Positions 13,148 to 25,600 of a stretch of DNA of 64,000 bases are shown piece after piece. Every line of letters begins with the position of its first letter. The first letter of the stretch is position 1. The notes under the pieces are model-generated. The model was not told the origin of the DNA, did not search any database, and worked only from the letters and a program-made list of their open reading frames with translations. Origin of the DNA: Lepidodermella squamata (lineage: Eukaryota; Animalia; Gastrotricha); the NCBI GenBank assembly GCA_047495785.1, contig JBLDXI010000033.1, positions 1,922,001-1,986,000 of the forward strand, written 5' to 3'. The translations under genes were made by a program, and so were the position numbers.

Positions 13148-16100
13148 TTATTCCAAAAAGCTGACGTTGACAGTAGGTCTCGTTGCTGTGAGTTCAGAGT
13201 CTTCAATAGCTTTGCATGCGATATTGGCTGCGATCTGAGGAAGGTCAACGGGTGAATCGAGCGTTTTGCGAGTGAGAGGAATATGGCGCTCGAAAATTTG
13301 AACCATCAGGCTCACGTAACTTGTGAGAGGTATAACAAAAAGCTGAATGCTTTTGTCGCGAATTGTTCGGAGAATGACGTCTTCAGTTTTTCCGCATGGA
13401 CATCCATCTGGATAGCTGTCACTGGCTTTGCCGTTGTAGAAATGGCGGCCGTGGGGAGGGCTATCTGAGATCAAAATGATCACTTTGGAGCAGCCATTAC
13501 GCCATTGCAACTTCGATGCAGCATCCAAGCCATCAAGAACTGCTTCGCACCCGTCTCCGCCACATTGCGTGCCGATTCTATCGACAAAAGACGAAGCCTG
13601 TTGAGCATCAACGAGTCCACTGCTTTCCATGACCACAGTGTCTTCGTAATGGTCACGATAAGCGACAACTGCAAATCTGATAGACTCAGTCGTGCCGCCA
13701 AGGGCGGCGACCTGGGGAGTTGTTTCGGAAATGATTCGCTTGATTGCAGTTTTGCACGCCGCAATGTATTCGGTCATTGATAACGTCGCATCGATGCAGA
13801 AGCAGAGATCCAATCCGCTGAACGCTGGCCGCGTGAAATCGTGGCAGTCAAACACGTGATCTCGGGCGAGTTCCGACTTTGAGTGCCAAGCTGGCTGGGT
13901 GCAATAGCTAACTTCACGGCCTGCATGTTCGCCACTCGGGCAGTAGAAGTTGCAAAGTTCAACGTCATCGTCTTCAGTCGGCATGGCCCAGTTTTGAACA
14001 CGCCAATAAGTTTGACACAGGTACTTATCGTAGACGACATCAGTATCTGGGTAAAAACGTTCCGAATCACTGCAGTGCAGAACCCCATTGCCATGGACTT
14101 TCTGACCGCATTCGTCGCCACCTCGGCATTCGAGCAGATGGTAATGGGCCCTGCCTTTGCGCTTGCATTGCTGGACACACGTTTCGGCCATCAACACATC
14201 ACCGGGTTCGTAGACGCGAAGCGCCTTCTTACCAGCAACCGTGTCTTCGACAGTGATGCGACCTTCGCTGGTTTTGGCGACGCAGTAACAGAATTCCATG
14301 TTGCGATGAGTGATCGTCAGGTGAGGACCGCGATGGCCGAAGGGTTCACGGCAAAACGATCCGCACTGCATGCAACGCTGGTCGCATTTATGCTCTGAAA
14401 TACACAGAAAAAATGTCTCAAAATGGTGAAATGAGGGCGTATCTTACCTTCTGATTTGCAATTATGGCAGTCATCATGGACCCATTCACCAGGTGGCAAG
14501 ACCTCCATGCACTTCTTGCGGTTGGAAACCGGTCGAATATACTGGTACTCGAGAGGGTTGCGAGGGTGGGCCAGGTAACGGGTCTCCTCGACGTAGTGAA
14601 CCTCGCAAATACCCTCAGCTTCACATTTCTTCGGGCAGCGATGCTCTTTGCCGCACAAATGAAGCTTGACCCTACGAGTTGGACTGGCTGTGATCGAAGG
14701 GTCCATCTCAAAAGTTGGATCGTCGATTTCAATAGCCGTGTCATCATGGTCGTGATCACCAGTGCAAGGCCCGCCGCAGAAAATGCAACGTTTCGGGCAA
14801 TGCTTCTCGTTACAGCGGTGGTCTTCGTGCTTATCGACCAGCGTCTTCGAGCATAAATTAGGGCAGTACTGGCACGTAGCTGTGCATTGATGGGTCGACG
14901 AACATTTGTGACTAGCAGGATTCCCGTGACCAGCGGCGTACATGCAACGGCTAGCACAGGTTTCAGTTTCACACCTCTCGGGGCAATCATGCTGCTCCTT
15001 GTCGCAAATGTGATTGCCATCAGCGTGACCAGCAGGGTGCTTACACGGCATCGATAGGTCATCAACGGCGCAGATAGTGCATATATCGTCACATCCTATA
15101 GCATAAAAAACGATTTAACATCGAAATTGGCAACAGAGATAAGAAACTTACGATGGTTGGTGGTACAGGAACACTCCAGAAGCTTCTCAATTTTAGCCAG
15201 TTCGGCTTTCAACTTGGAATGCTGTTCGTTGGCATCGACCAAAAATCGAAGATGACTCATCCTCGAGATGAGTGAAATTTCCTGAGCTTCAAGCAGGGCA
15301 AGAATCGGCGCGATCACATCGGCAGTTCTAACATCGACGTACGCTTTCAGCTCTTCCTCGATTTCGCAGATTTGGGAAGCAAGGGTCTTTTTGTCAGCTC
15401 GAATCGCTTTGATTTCATCATTTGTTTCGTTGATCTGAACATCGATTTCCAGATAGACCAACAACGCCTCGGCTTCAGACTTCCACTCGTTGAATGCGGC
15501 GGAAATGGCCTCTTTCGCGAACTTGAAGGATTCAGCAATATCGATTTGTCTCTTCAAATCTTCGAGCTTGTTCGACAATGACGAAGCCTTCGTTTTCAAC
15601 AGCATCAACTGGTTTCCGTTAAATTGGGGCAAACGCAGCTTGCTTTCAACATCTTTCAGCAACGTTAAATTTTGTTCAAGATCAGCAACTAGCGTGCTTT
15701 TTTCTTCAGAAATCAGTTCGATTTCGGCTTTTATGATCTGATGATAAGCCTCGTCGTAAACTTCAGTCACAACAGGGACAGGGTTTTCGGCAGATTTCAG
15801 CTGCTGTTCCAAATCAGTTTTCTTCGACTGTAGAGACTCGACTTTCTCCCGGACAGCCTTCAGGGCGGTTTCGGTGACCTCTTCATCATCGGTATCCACC
15901 TTAAATTTCTCATATTTTTCCAGCTTTTCAGTTTGAGTTTGCAGGCGTCGAGTGACACTTTTCAGCTGTTGTTTCAACTCATCAACATTGGCGGAAATTT
16001 GTGATATCTCACTCGGCAAAGGCGACGTAGCTTGTTGCGGAATCATGATGAAGTCCGACGTGTCAGTATTCAGCTCAATTATGCTGCTGTTGTCCTCGGG

Positions 16101-19100
16101 AAACGGTGTAGATGAATCACGGCATTCTGAAGGCTGAGCCGCTTGTAATTTCGATAAACGCACGTCTTCCGCAGCCAAGCGCTTCGATTCATCCACAACA
16201 GCTGCCCAACGCTCGCGAATTTCCGCGATTTTTTCTTCGAAATATCGTTTGCCGTTACGCAGATTCTCGACACACGTTTCGTAGCCTGCTAACTCGTGTC
16301 GGGCAAAAGCGTGTTTCTCCGCAAGTTCGTTTGCCTCAGTAACCCGAGATTTGATCAACTCGTCAATTTCTTCGAGCAATACGGAACAGCTTCGATAACC
16401 GTCGAAGTGACTCTTGAGCTCTGAAAGCTCGATGAACGACTCATTGACCCGCTTATCAACCTGTGTGATTGAGTCGAGCCAAGTAGCACAGGCGCTGAGT
16501 CTCTTTTCAAGCTCCACTGGTAACGAATCAGCTCCAAACAATGTCGTGAAATCGAAAAACGAACGATGTAAACTGCTGGCGAGGGTGTTTTCCAACATCA
16601 GCGGTTTCAAATGTTCGCAAATGCGCAGTAGAAGATGGGCTTTCCGCTCGGGGTAAGGCAGGGCGAAATCAGCTCCACTTTCGTCCTCGTCCAGAGCTGC
16701 TTTCAACTCCGCGAGCTTCGTCATTTTCACAGCCTCTTCGGCTTGTTTTTCACTAGCTAACGATTCAAGGCGGTTGAGGCGTTGCTCCAGCTCGCTTTTC
16801 GAGATTGCATCATTCAACTCCTTCTCATGAGCGAATTTCGATTTCACAACTTCATCGAATTCAATCTTTGCGGTAGCGAGTTCTTCTTCGAATTCGGCTA
16901 TCATGAGCTGGTCATCAGGGGGCAATTTAGTCTTCAGCTCCTTGATTCGTGATTCAATCTTGACTCGATTATCGAAATTGGCCTCGTTATGGCCCTTTCT
17001 TTCAACGCATTTCAGCTGACACTTCGAGCAGTTGTTCAGGCAAAGAGCAAACTTGTTACCAAGGCTTCGGATTTTTTCGAGAACGCCGGTTTTGAAATTT
17101 TTCAGCTCTTCCGCATTGAGAACTCGATCCAATGAGCTAGCTTCGTTCATGGCGAAGTCCTGCAGAATTCCGATTCGCTGTGAGACAAATGTGCCGAGAA
17201 GTTCGTTGAAACCGATCCAAGCTTCGTTGTACTCAGCTTTTGCCACAGCTGGATCACAGGTTCCGAAATATCGGCTCGAAAGTTCGCGAGAGATCGATTC
17301 ATAAGCAATGTTGTGCTCAGATGGCTCTTCCTGTAGCTGGAATGTCACCTCGGTTTGAGCGATTGTAATTTCATCGTCGCAGCCGGGCTTTTTGAAAGTG
17401 CAAACTTCCGAGGTGCTGGTCTTGCTCATGTCACCCCAGGCCGCCATTATACGACTTTCGGCTTGGAAAATTTTAACCCGCTTGACATGCTCATCGCCAG
17501 CCTGCTCGTCGTCACGGTTCACCTGAAGCAGGACGATCTTCAGCGACTGCAGCAGCGTCATAGCATCCGGCCAACGGTTCGGCGGCAAACCGTACGTGCG
17601 GCTCAAATCATCGAAAAACGACTGCCTCAAGTCGTTCAACTCGTTGAGGAAAACATCTCGATTAGTGTAGCTGTTCAAGCACTGCAGGGTGATGGATTTG
17701 CTGAAAAGCCTGGACAAGAACTGATGATCGCCCTTTTGATTAAGCTGGACGATATTTCGCTCGAATTCCTTAGTGGCCTGTTCGTCCTCTTCAGAAGCAA
17801 CATCGCGAACAGCCATGAGGAGGAATCCTCGGAAGTAATTTTTGCCCTTCACTCGATCGACCGTGTTGTTCAGATCAGAGAAAAGTCGGGTCAAATGGCG
17901 GTTGAAAGCAAGGTCTTGGTTCAGAATCGTGATATCGGAAACAGCAGAAAGGACCGTAAGCAACTTGACTTCTTCCAACTCGTTGCGACTGATGCTGAAA
18001 AGACCCTCGCAATCCAGGATGACGAAATCGTGCTCGCTGTTGTCGTGATCGGAAATCAGTCGAGCGTAGCTGATCCAAATACCGTCAGTGCAACGAGTAG
18101 CTGCCACGCTGAACCTGGTTCCAAACAACCGGTTAAGCAGGTAGCTTTTTCCCGAAGATTGGCGGCCGATGATGCTGATGATTTTGATCGGACGGCCGTT
18201 GGCGAAGGTGGAAAGAATGCTCTCGAGATGGCCAAACGTGAGGCGATCCGCAAGATTGGCGATATCAGACGCGACGTCAGTGTTGCTAAACTGATGGCGT
18301 TTCCCATCAACAAGTGGAACGACATTGTTGTCTTCAATCGTGCCTAAAAAAAAATAAAAAATAATGTTATTTGAAATGCGAAGGTTATATCCAACGAATT
18401 AAGGATACATTTTCTATAAAGCCGATTAGGCTAACGATATTAATCAGGTCACTCCCAAAAAATAAATAAAAAACAATAAAATCAAAACGTATTCACTAAC
18501 CAAATTTCACCAAATAATTTCAACTTGTTCAACTTACATATGTGGAGAGGAACACGCGAAAGAAGAATAGCTCTTAGATGGCAGCTTTTCATAACGCAGT
18601 CCGACCAGCTAATCTTGAACTTTTCCAACAACTCGACTGAAATCGTGAGCTTGGGCGAAAAGGTTCGAAGGTACGATCGCAGAGCAACGTCGAATTTTTC
18701 GATTGAAGATCCAGCAGGCAAGACCAGGCGATAATCCACCTGCTCAGGGGATCCAATAAACCGAGCTTGGGGGCCGTATTTCAGGAAACTGGCGTAAACG
18801 ATATCGATAATCGGATTGCCGCGATATATTTCCTTGCTAGATTTCGAGTCGGAAACAGCACGCAGAGAAACATCGGAACAAAGACCGGTGAAAATATAAC
18901 ATGAAACCGCGTCTTTCTTGTCATCGTTTTGTTCGATCGCAGTCAAATAAACATTGGCATTATCGGCGAAGACTTTTACAGCTCGGCAACGCGTTGTGGG
19001 CAGCGATTTCAACAAGGTCAGATTCGGGTCGTACAAATCGATCGATGAGTCACTTCGCAGCACAAAGAAAGACGTGTTTTTCGTCACATGGACGCTTTTG

Positions 19101-21469
19101 TAAATCTCGCCATTTTTCGCTCGCAACTTCAGCTTCTTCAACTTTTTGCCGTTATTTTCACTCGGGCAAAGTTCCATGACGTCACGCTTGATCAAATCGA
19201 CGTTGTAAAGGTTACCTTGCTCAGTAAGCAGTAACATTTCTTTCCTCCCTGGGTAGATAGCAGCTGAAGCGACTTTGCCACGAACCGAATCAGATATATT
19301 GACAGTTTGCTTTTGATTGAACTTTGGAGAGTCGTTTTGAGAAAATTCGAACAGCACAACCTCCTTGTCATCGTAAATTACGCCCATCAGCGCCGTGTCC
19401 GTTGACTTCTCGCCAGCATCGTAGCAGAACAAGAGCCGATCGCTTGACCACGTTTTCACGTTTTTCAACTCGTTGTTGTTAGAAATGGTGACAGTTATGA
19501 CGTTTTGAGGCAAGCGGTCACACTTGAGTGACGCGATGAACAGCTTGCCGTTCCATAGCGCGTAACACGAAATCACGCGAAGACTGCGAATATAGTCATC
19601 TGAAAGCGATTCCTCAGATTTTTTGCCCCAGCTGAATGCTTTGGTATTGAGAATGCTATTCCGCACGGAGACTGGCAAAGCCTTTGCAAATACCTGAAAA
19701 AGAATTTTCACATTTGTACAAAGAATAAACCCAATATTATGAAAGCAAGCAACATTTTGCAGAATTAGAAAATTTTAGGAAACTTCGAGAGCTTACGCGT
19801 ATTCTTAAAAATTTCAAGTGGGTATAAAACAATATTTACCGAGAAAAACCCGATGGGAAAAGTTTTCACGATTCCGGTATTTTTCCGTTCCCGTCGACGT
19901 TCCCGGAACCACAAATTTTATGCAAGCCCAATTATTTAATAAAAAATGAAATAATAATCGATGTTCTTCGGAGATATTTTTGCTTGTTTGCAAAATTCGA
20001 GAGGCATTTTATAAACAAGTTCTTACCTCGCTATTAATTTCCGAACTCCAGTTGAGAGGCGAATACGTCATCGCTTCGTATTCTCCTTCGTTAGTTTGAA
20101 CAACATTGAGAACGCACGGGGTGATTTTTAAAACGCAGCTCGTCTTCTTGTTGCGTTGATTTGAGATGATCGCCGACTTGCATTCAGCAATCAAATCCAG
20201 CGCAGCTTTAGCCACAACTTCACATTTTCTCGTTAGAAGCTCGTGGGATCGGGATTCGTTGTAGATTCGATAAACCTCTTGGCGAAAGGTTTGGAGCGAA
20301 CACTCTCTTCCCAAATCCAATTTTTCGAAAAAGAAGTTTGCAGTGCTATCGACAAAATCGCGCAGAACTAGTTTGGGTTCCCATGAAATACAGTTCTTAT
20401 CGCTGTCATACGAATACGAATTGAGAATTGCATGAAAAAACTGTTCGACCATAAATTCGATCAGAGATTGGGCATTTGGGCCATCTTCATGAAGTTCGCC
20501 GTAGCCAAACATGCCGGTAAAACGATGCCAAAGAGATGGCTTCTGGTTTCGAAGGGAACTATTGACTTTGCCCAAGATCTGCTTCAAGCAGTAAGACAAC
20601 TGACCATCACAATCACGAATTTTTCGCTGAAAGGAGACGTGGTCCGATGCGATTCGTTTCATGCACTCCGGCGAAAGCTCATCGCAGAAAGGTTTCAAGC
20701 TGTCCAAATTAGAGCTCTTCAGCTGGCGAAGCAGAATAGGGGCAATGTTGCTTAGAACAGCGTTCACGTCCAAATGTTTCGCAGTGGCAGCTGAGTCGGG
20801 AACTTCGCAGTGCAGAAAGAATTTACTGCCGTTGTCGTTGAAAACCAGGCGACGCAATGCATTTTCTCCCAGCTCTCGTGTAAGCAAGTCGAACGTAGTT
20901 TTCAGACCCAGTTCTGTTATTTCGCTCAGAGTTTTGCGGTCTTCTAATTTGAACATCGCACGTGAGTGAGCAACCGAGGAGAACGGATTTTTCGGGCCAG
21001 GTGAGAATGAATCCACGATTTCGCGACTTGGACATAGCAAAATAGTGGGGGAGGCATCTTCGAGGTATCGGAATAGCGTGACTAATATATGCTCCTTATT
21101 GAAATTCTCTTGTTGATGCATGAATTCCGCACCAGCATCAACCAACAAAAGAACCTTTGAACCTTTGACCAACGCGTAAAACGAGCCGTATTTCGAATTA
21201 CCAGCCGGTAGAGTGATTTCGAACCGAGATACATCTGCCTCTTCAACTTCTTCGAGATTCGCATCGTTATCTTGAGCAAGAATTTCGTGAGCAGTAGAGA
21301 CGATCGAGTTACGGTCGCCGAATAAAGCCAACACTTTTGCATCCGACAACAAAGCTATTCGGCGTTGCAACTGATTCAAATCGATTAGGTTGACGCCAAC
21401 CTGTTCGAAGGAACTCTCGGCGCTGGTTACCAACTCTCCAGTGAAAGGTTGGTAAATGTGAACGCTCAT
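13148..21469 (-). CDS. giant multidomain GTPase, copy A (~2,561 aa): N-terminal domain, putative beta-propeller, GB1/RHD3-type GTPase, long coiled coil, Cys/His repeats, VWA
   Basis: Exons 21469-20027, 19693-18538, 18343-15152, 15095-14448, 14394-13148; all GT-AG, total 7686 nt, open frame throughout. GTPase motifs G1 GRQSSGKS, G2 RCTDGIW, G3 DCEG, G4 AVRD. VWA motifs DLCFCIDATLSM, RFAVVAYRDH, GGDGCEA, SDSPPHG. Confidence 0.88.
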
Positions 21470-22654
21470 TGTGTTGTAAAAAAAGAGATCTAAAGAGGCA
21501 AATTTTCAATTATGTATTGGCTTTAAGCTTTGTGAGTTTCTGACTCTTAGTATTTCATTTCTACCGCAAAAAGGGAGTTGACCGCTTCGCACAACAAAAT
21601 TTGAACCCATTTCCTGAGAAACGATCCCATTTCAAAAGCCCTAAACATTTTGAGAAGCTTTCCAGATGGCATCGTAAAGGCCCTCAAAAGTTGAACTTTA
21701 GACCAAGAGCCAAATAAACTGTAACCAATGAAAATTAGTCAAGCTAGAGGTTAGTCTCGAAATTGCGTTGTCTAAACTTCGTCTTCAAATGCGCTAATAA
21801 TTTCTGTTCCTGTTTCGTGAAATAAGAAAATAGGTAAAAATAGCGAAGTTCGAACCCCTAAATACCTTACCAGAGTTGAATCGCTACAAATGAAACTGTT
21901 AGCCGAGTTAGCCGGGAAGTCTGTAAAACAAATAAAATAAGAAGAAGTATCTAAATGGAGTCACCTTTCAAATCAGACACGCGCCCTCAAGTGAAGTCAC
22001 ACATGGATGATTACCTATTTGCACCAAAAATGTTGTAACGCCACGTACGTCAGATGGTCATCTGATTCATCAACGGCTTGGAAGCAAAGTAAAAATTATT
22101 CGATTTGTCTTCTTGACCAGAGGTTTTAATGTTTCAAGATTTCTTGATGGTTCAACTAACTGGTCAAAAATGTTCAAAGATAAATTCAAGTAAAAATGCA
22201 AATACATATGATAAACCAATCTGATTATCACAATCGAAGCCCCCAGCTGTAAATGAAACAGCTGACCATATGACACCCACGACGTTACAACCCTTTTCGC
22301 TCGTAGGCAATCAACAGAAATTAAACCCATAGTCTTCGTAGGCTGCTCGTCCCAGGTATTCAAGAACAATGAGAAAGTTATTCACAGCTTGTGTGCACAT
22401 TTGCGATGAAATCGAGTAAATATTGTCTCGATAAAAAGTCTACAAAATAAAAAAACAAGACGCTGTGATTTTATAACTAATGCATGTGTTTTATTATTCC
22501 TTTGAATAGCCGTTGAACATGATATTTGAGAAGCTTGAATAATTAGTGTTGATACTCGAAGTAATTTTTTACATGGAAGGATTTAAGAAAATTAGTAACA
22601 TCATAGTATCAGTTGCATCTGTCATTTCCAGATTCTAAAACTCCGCTCCTGAAG

Positions 22655-25600
22655 TCAGTCGAAGTCCATAGCAGCGGTATTGACTCGACGTGTGGCCGTC
22701 AATTCGGCATCTTCGAGAGCTTTGCAAGCGATGTTTGCAGCCAACTCTGGCAGATCCAGCGCAGATCCAAGTTCTTTTCGAATCAAAGGAATGTGGCCCT
22801 CAAAAACCTTGATCATTCGATTGACGTAGCTTGTCAAAGGAACGACATGGTACTTGATATGTTTGCCTTTCATTTCACCCAAAACCGACGCTTCGTTCAT
22901 ACCACACGGGCAACCACCAGGGTGATCATCGCCTGCATCGCTGAACTGCCGACCATGAGGTGGGGCATCCAAGATGTGAATTAGTAGTCGAGTGCAACTA
23001 TCGCGCCAGTTAAGCTTATTGACAGCATTGAGCCCATCAAGAACCGCCTCAGGTCCATCTCCTCCGCCCATTGCTCCGATCTTATCGACAAAGGCCGAGG
23101 CTTGATCGCTAGTCGTCAATGGGATTGATTGCAGCAAATTAGCTCCATCGCAGTGGTCACGGTAGGCAACGACTGCGAAACGGAGAGAAGAGACATTGCT
23201 GCCGTATCTGGCGACTAGAGGGGCACTTTCAGCGATAATTCGTTTGATGGCGCTTTTACATTGAGCGATAAAGGAGGCCATCGAGCCGGTCGCGTCGAAG
23301 CAGAAACACACGTCCATACCATTGAAAACAGCCTTCGAAAAGTCGTGGCAATCGAACCCATGGTCTTTAGCGAGTTCCGATAGCGTGTGCCAAGCTGGCA
23401 GGGTGCAGAATTGCGGCTCTTTCACATCATGCTCTCCACTTGGACAATAGGCGTTACACAAGTTGATTGAGTCGTCATCCGTTGGCATGGCCCAATTTTT
23501 GATTTGCCAATATTTCTCGCAAAGGTATTTGTCATAGACCACGCTGGTGTCTGGGTAAAATCGTTCGTGTTCTTTGCAGTGAACAACGCCACTTTCGTAC
23601 AACTTTTCGCCACAGTCGTCGCCACCTCGGCATTCGAGCAGATGGTAATGGGCCCTGCCTTTGCGCTTGCATTGCTGGACACACGTTTCGGCCATCAACA
23701 CATCACCCGGTTCGTAGACGCGAAGCGCCTTCTTACCAGCGACGGTGTCTTCGACAGTGATGCGGCCTTCGCTGGTTTTAGCGACGCAGTAACAGAATTC
23801 CATGTTGCGATGCGTGATCGTCAGGTGAGGACTGCGATGGCCGAAGGGTTCACGGCAAAACGATCCGCATTGCATACAGCGCTGATCACATTTATGCTCT
23901 GAAACACAGAAAAAATGTCCCAAAATGGTGAAATGAGGGCGTATCTTACCTTCTGATTTGCAATTATGGCAGTCATCATGGACCCATTCACCAGGTGGCA
24001 AGACCTCCATGCACTTCTTGCGGTTGGAAACCGGTCGAATGTACTGGTACTCGAGTGGGTTTCGAGGGTGGGCCAGGTAGCGAGTCTCCTCGACGTAGTG
24101 AACCTCGCAAATGCCCTCGGCATTACACTTCTTAGGGCAATTATGCTCCTTGCCACATAAGTGAAGCTTAACCCTAGGAACAGGACTAGCTACTGCAGCA
24201 GATGAATCGATCTCGAAAAAGGGATCATCGATTTCGATGGTAGTTTCATCGTGGTCGTGCGCACCAGCACACGGGCCACTGCAGAAAATGCAGCGTTTCG
24301 GGCAGTGTTTTTCGTTACAGCAATGGTCATCATGAGCTTCGATCAGCGAGCTCGTGCAAGTGTTGGGGCAATAACGGCACGTGGCCGTGCACTGGTGGGT
24401 AGACGCGCACTTGTGACCGGCAGGGTTTTCGTGACCATTAGCGTACATGCATCGATTTTTGCAACTTTCGCACTTGAACGGGCAGTCATGCTGCTTCTTG
24501 TCGCAAATATGGCCACCTTCAACGTGCCCTGCTGGGTGTTTACACGGAATTTCGAATCTGTCATCGCAGCAAATGTTGCAAATTTCATCACATAGATGGT
24601 TTGTCGTACAAGCACATTCGAGCAGCTTCTCAATTTTATCCAGCTCGGTTCGCAATTTCACATGCTGTTCATTCGCATCGACCAATTCTTGAAGGCGGAT
24701 AATATCAAAACGAAGCAATTCTTCGCGGCGTTCAACTTCAGCAAACTTCGGAGTAAGTTCGTCGAGATTCTGGGCATCAGATAGCAATTCGACTTCCGAC
24801 TCAAGTTCGCGAGCTTGAGAGGATAGTGTTGATTTCTCGGCTTCTACGGCTTTCAGTTCTTCTTTCAACGACTTCCATTGAACTTCCATCTGCAAGCATT
24901 TGATAATTGCATCAGCTTTTGGCTTCCAAATGATCAAAGCAGCGTCGAAAATATCACGCACGGGCTTCATCGCTTCAATCACGCCAGTATCTCGTTTCAG
25001 ATCATCAAGTTTCCGAGATATGTTCGACACTTTGCCTTTCATCACATTCAACTGATAAATTCCAAAACGAGGAGCAGAAAGTTGCTTCTCAACAGATCGA
25101 AGCTTCGCCGTTTCTTCAGTAACCGAAACCGATAGATCAGATGACTTTTTATTCATTTCGGCCAGTTGAGTCTTGATGCTCTCGTAGTAGGCTCGGTCGA
25201 ACTCCTCCACAAGATCGTGGTGACGTACCGTCAACTTTGACGATGACAACTGGCTCTCGAGCTTCTCCTTTTTATCAGCAAGAGATTTGATTTTCTCCTC
25301 GAGAGCACTGATTCTCAATTCAGTGACTTGCTCTTCATCAGAATCGATGCCATCAGCCTTGTATTTCTTCAATTTCTCGGTTTCTTTCTCAAAGCGTCGA
25401 GTCACAGTGTCGAGTTGCTTCTGCAATTCTTCCTCGGCTAGAACCAGCTGCGGACTTTTCGACGGGGGCGGTTCACAAGGCGCTTCCGATTCTTCAGAAA
25501 CAAGGCAGAAATCCATCAAATCATTTTGAATTCCGTCGATTTCAATGATTCCACTGCTGTCACCGCTACTTGGAATCGTTGGAGTGCCGCTACTGGGGAA

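Noticed and set aside
15177-16988. Calling the coiled-coil region an SMC or myosin gene
   Set aside because: No ABC-ATPase, hinge or motor motifs; it is embedded in the GTPase-VWA protein.
17355-18347. Long antisense ORFs over the GTPase domain (330 aa here; 292 aa at 26942-27820) as a dual-coding gene
   Set aside because: Non-ATG starts, no recognisable motifs and different end points in the two copies; similar shadow ORFs lie opposite SMC2. Stranded RNA-seq would settle it.
13148-21469. Reading copy A as several genes or as a frameshifted pseudogene
   Set aside because: Every frame change coincides with a GT-AG intron of the correct phase, and the spliced length (7686 nt) matches copy B (7692 nt).
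22070-22369. ORF between the two GTPase copies
   Set aside because: No visible similarity to either copy or to any family I recognise.
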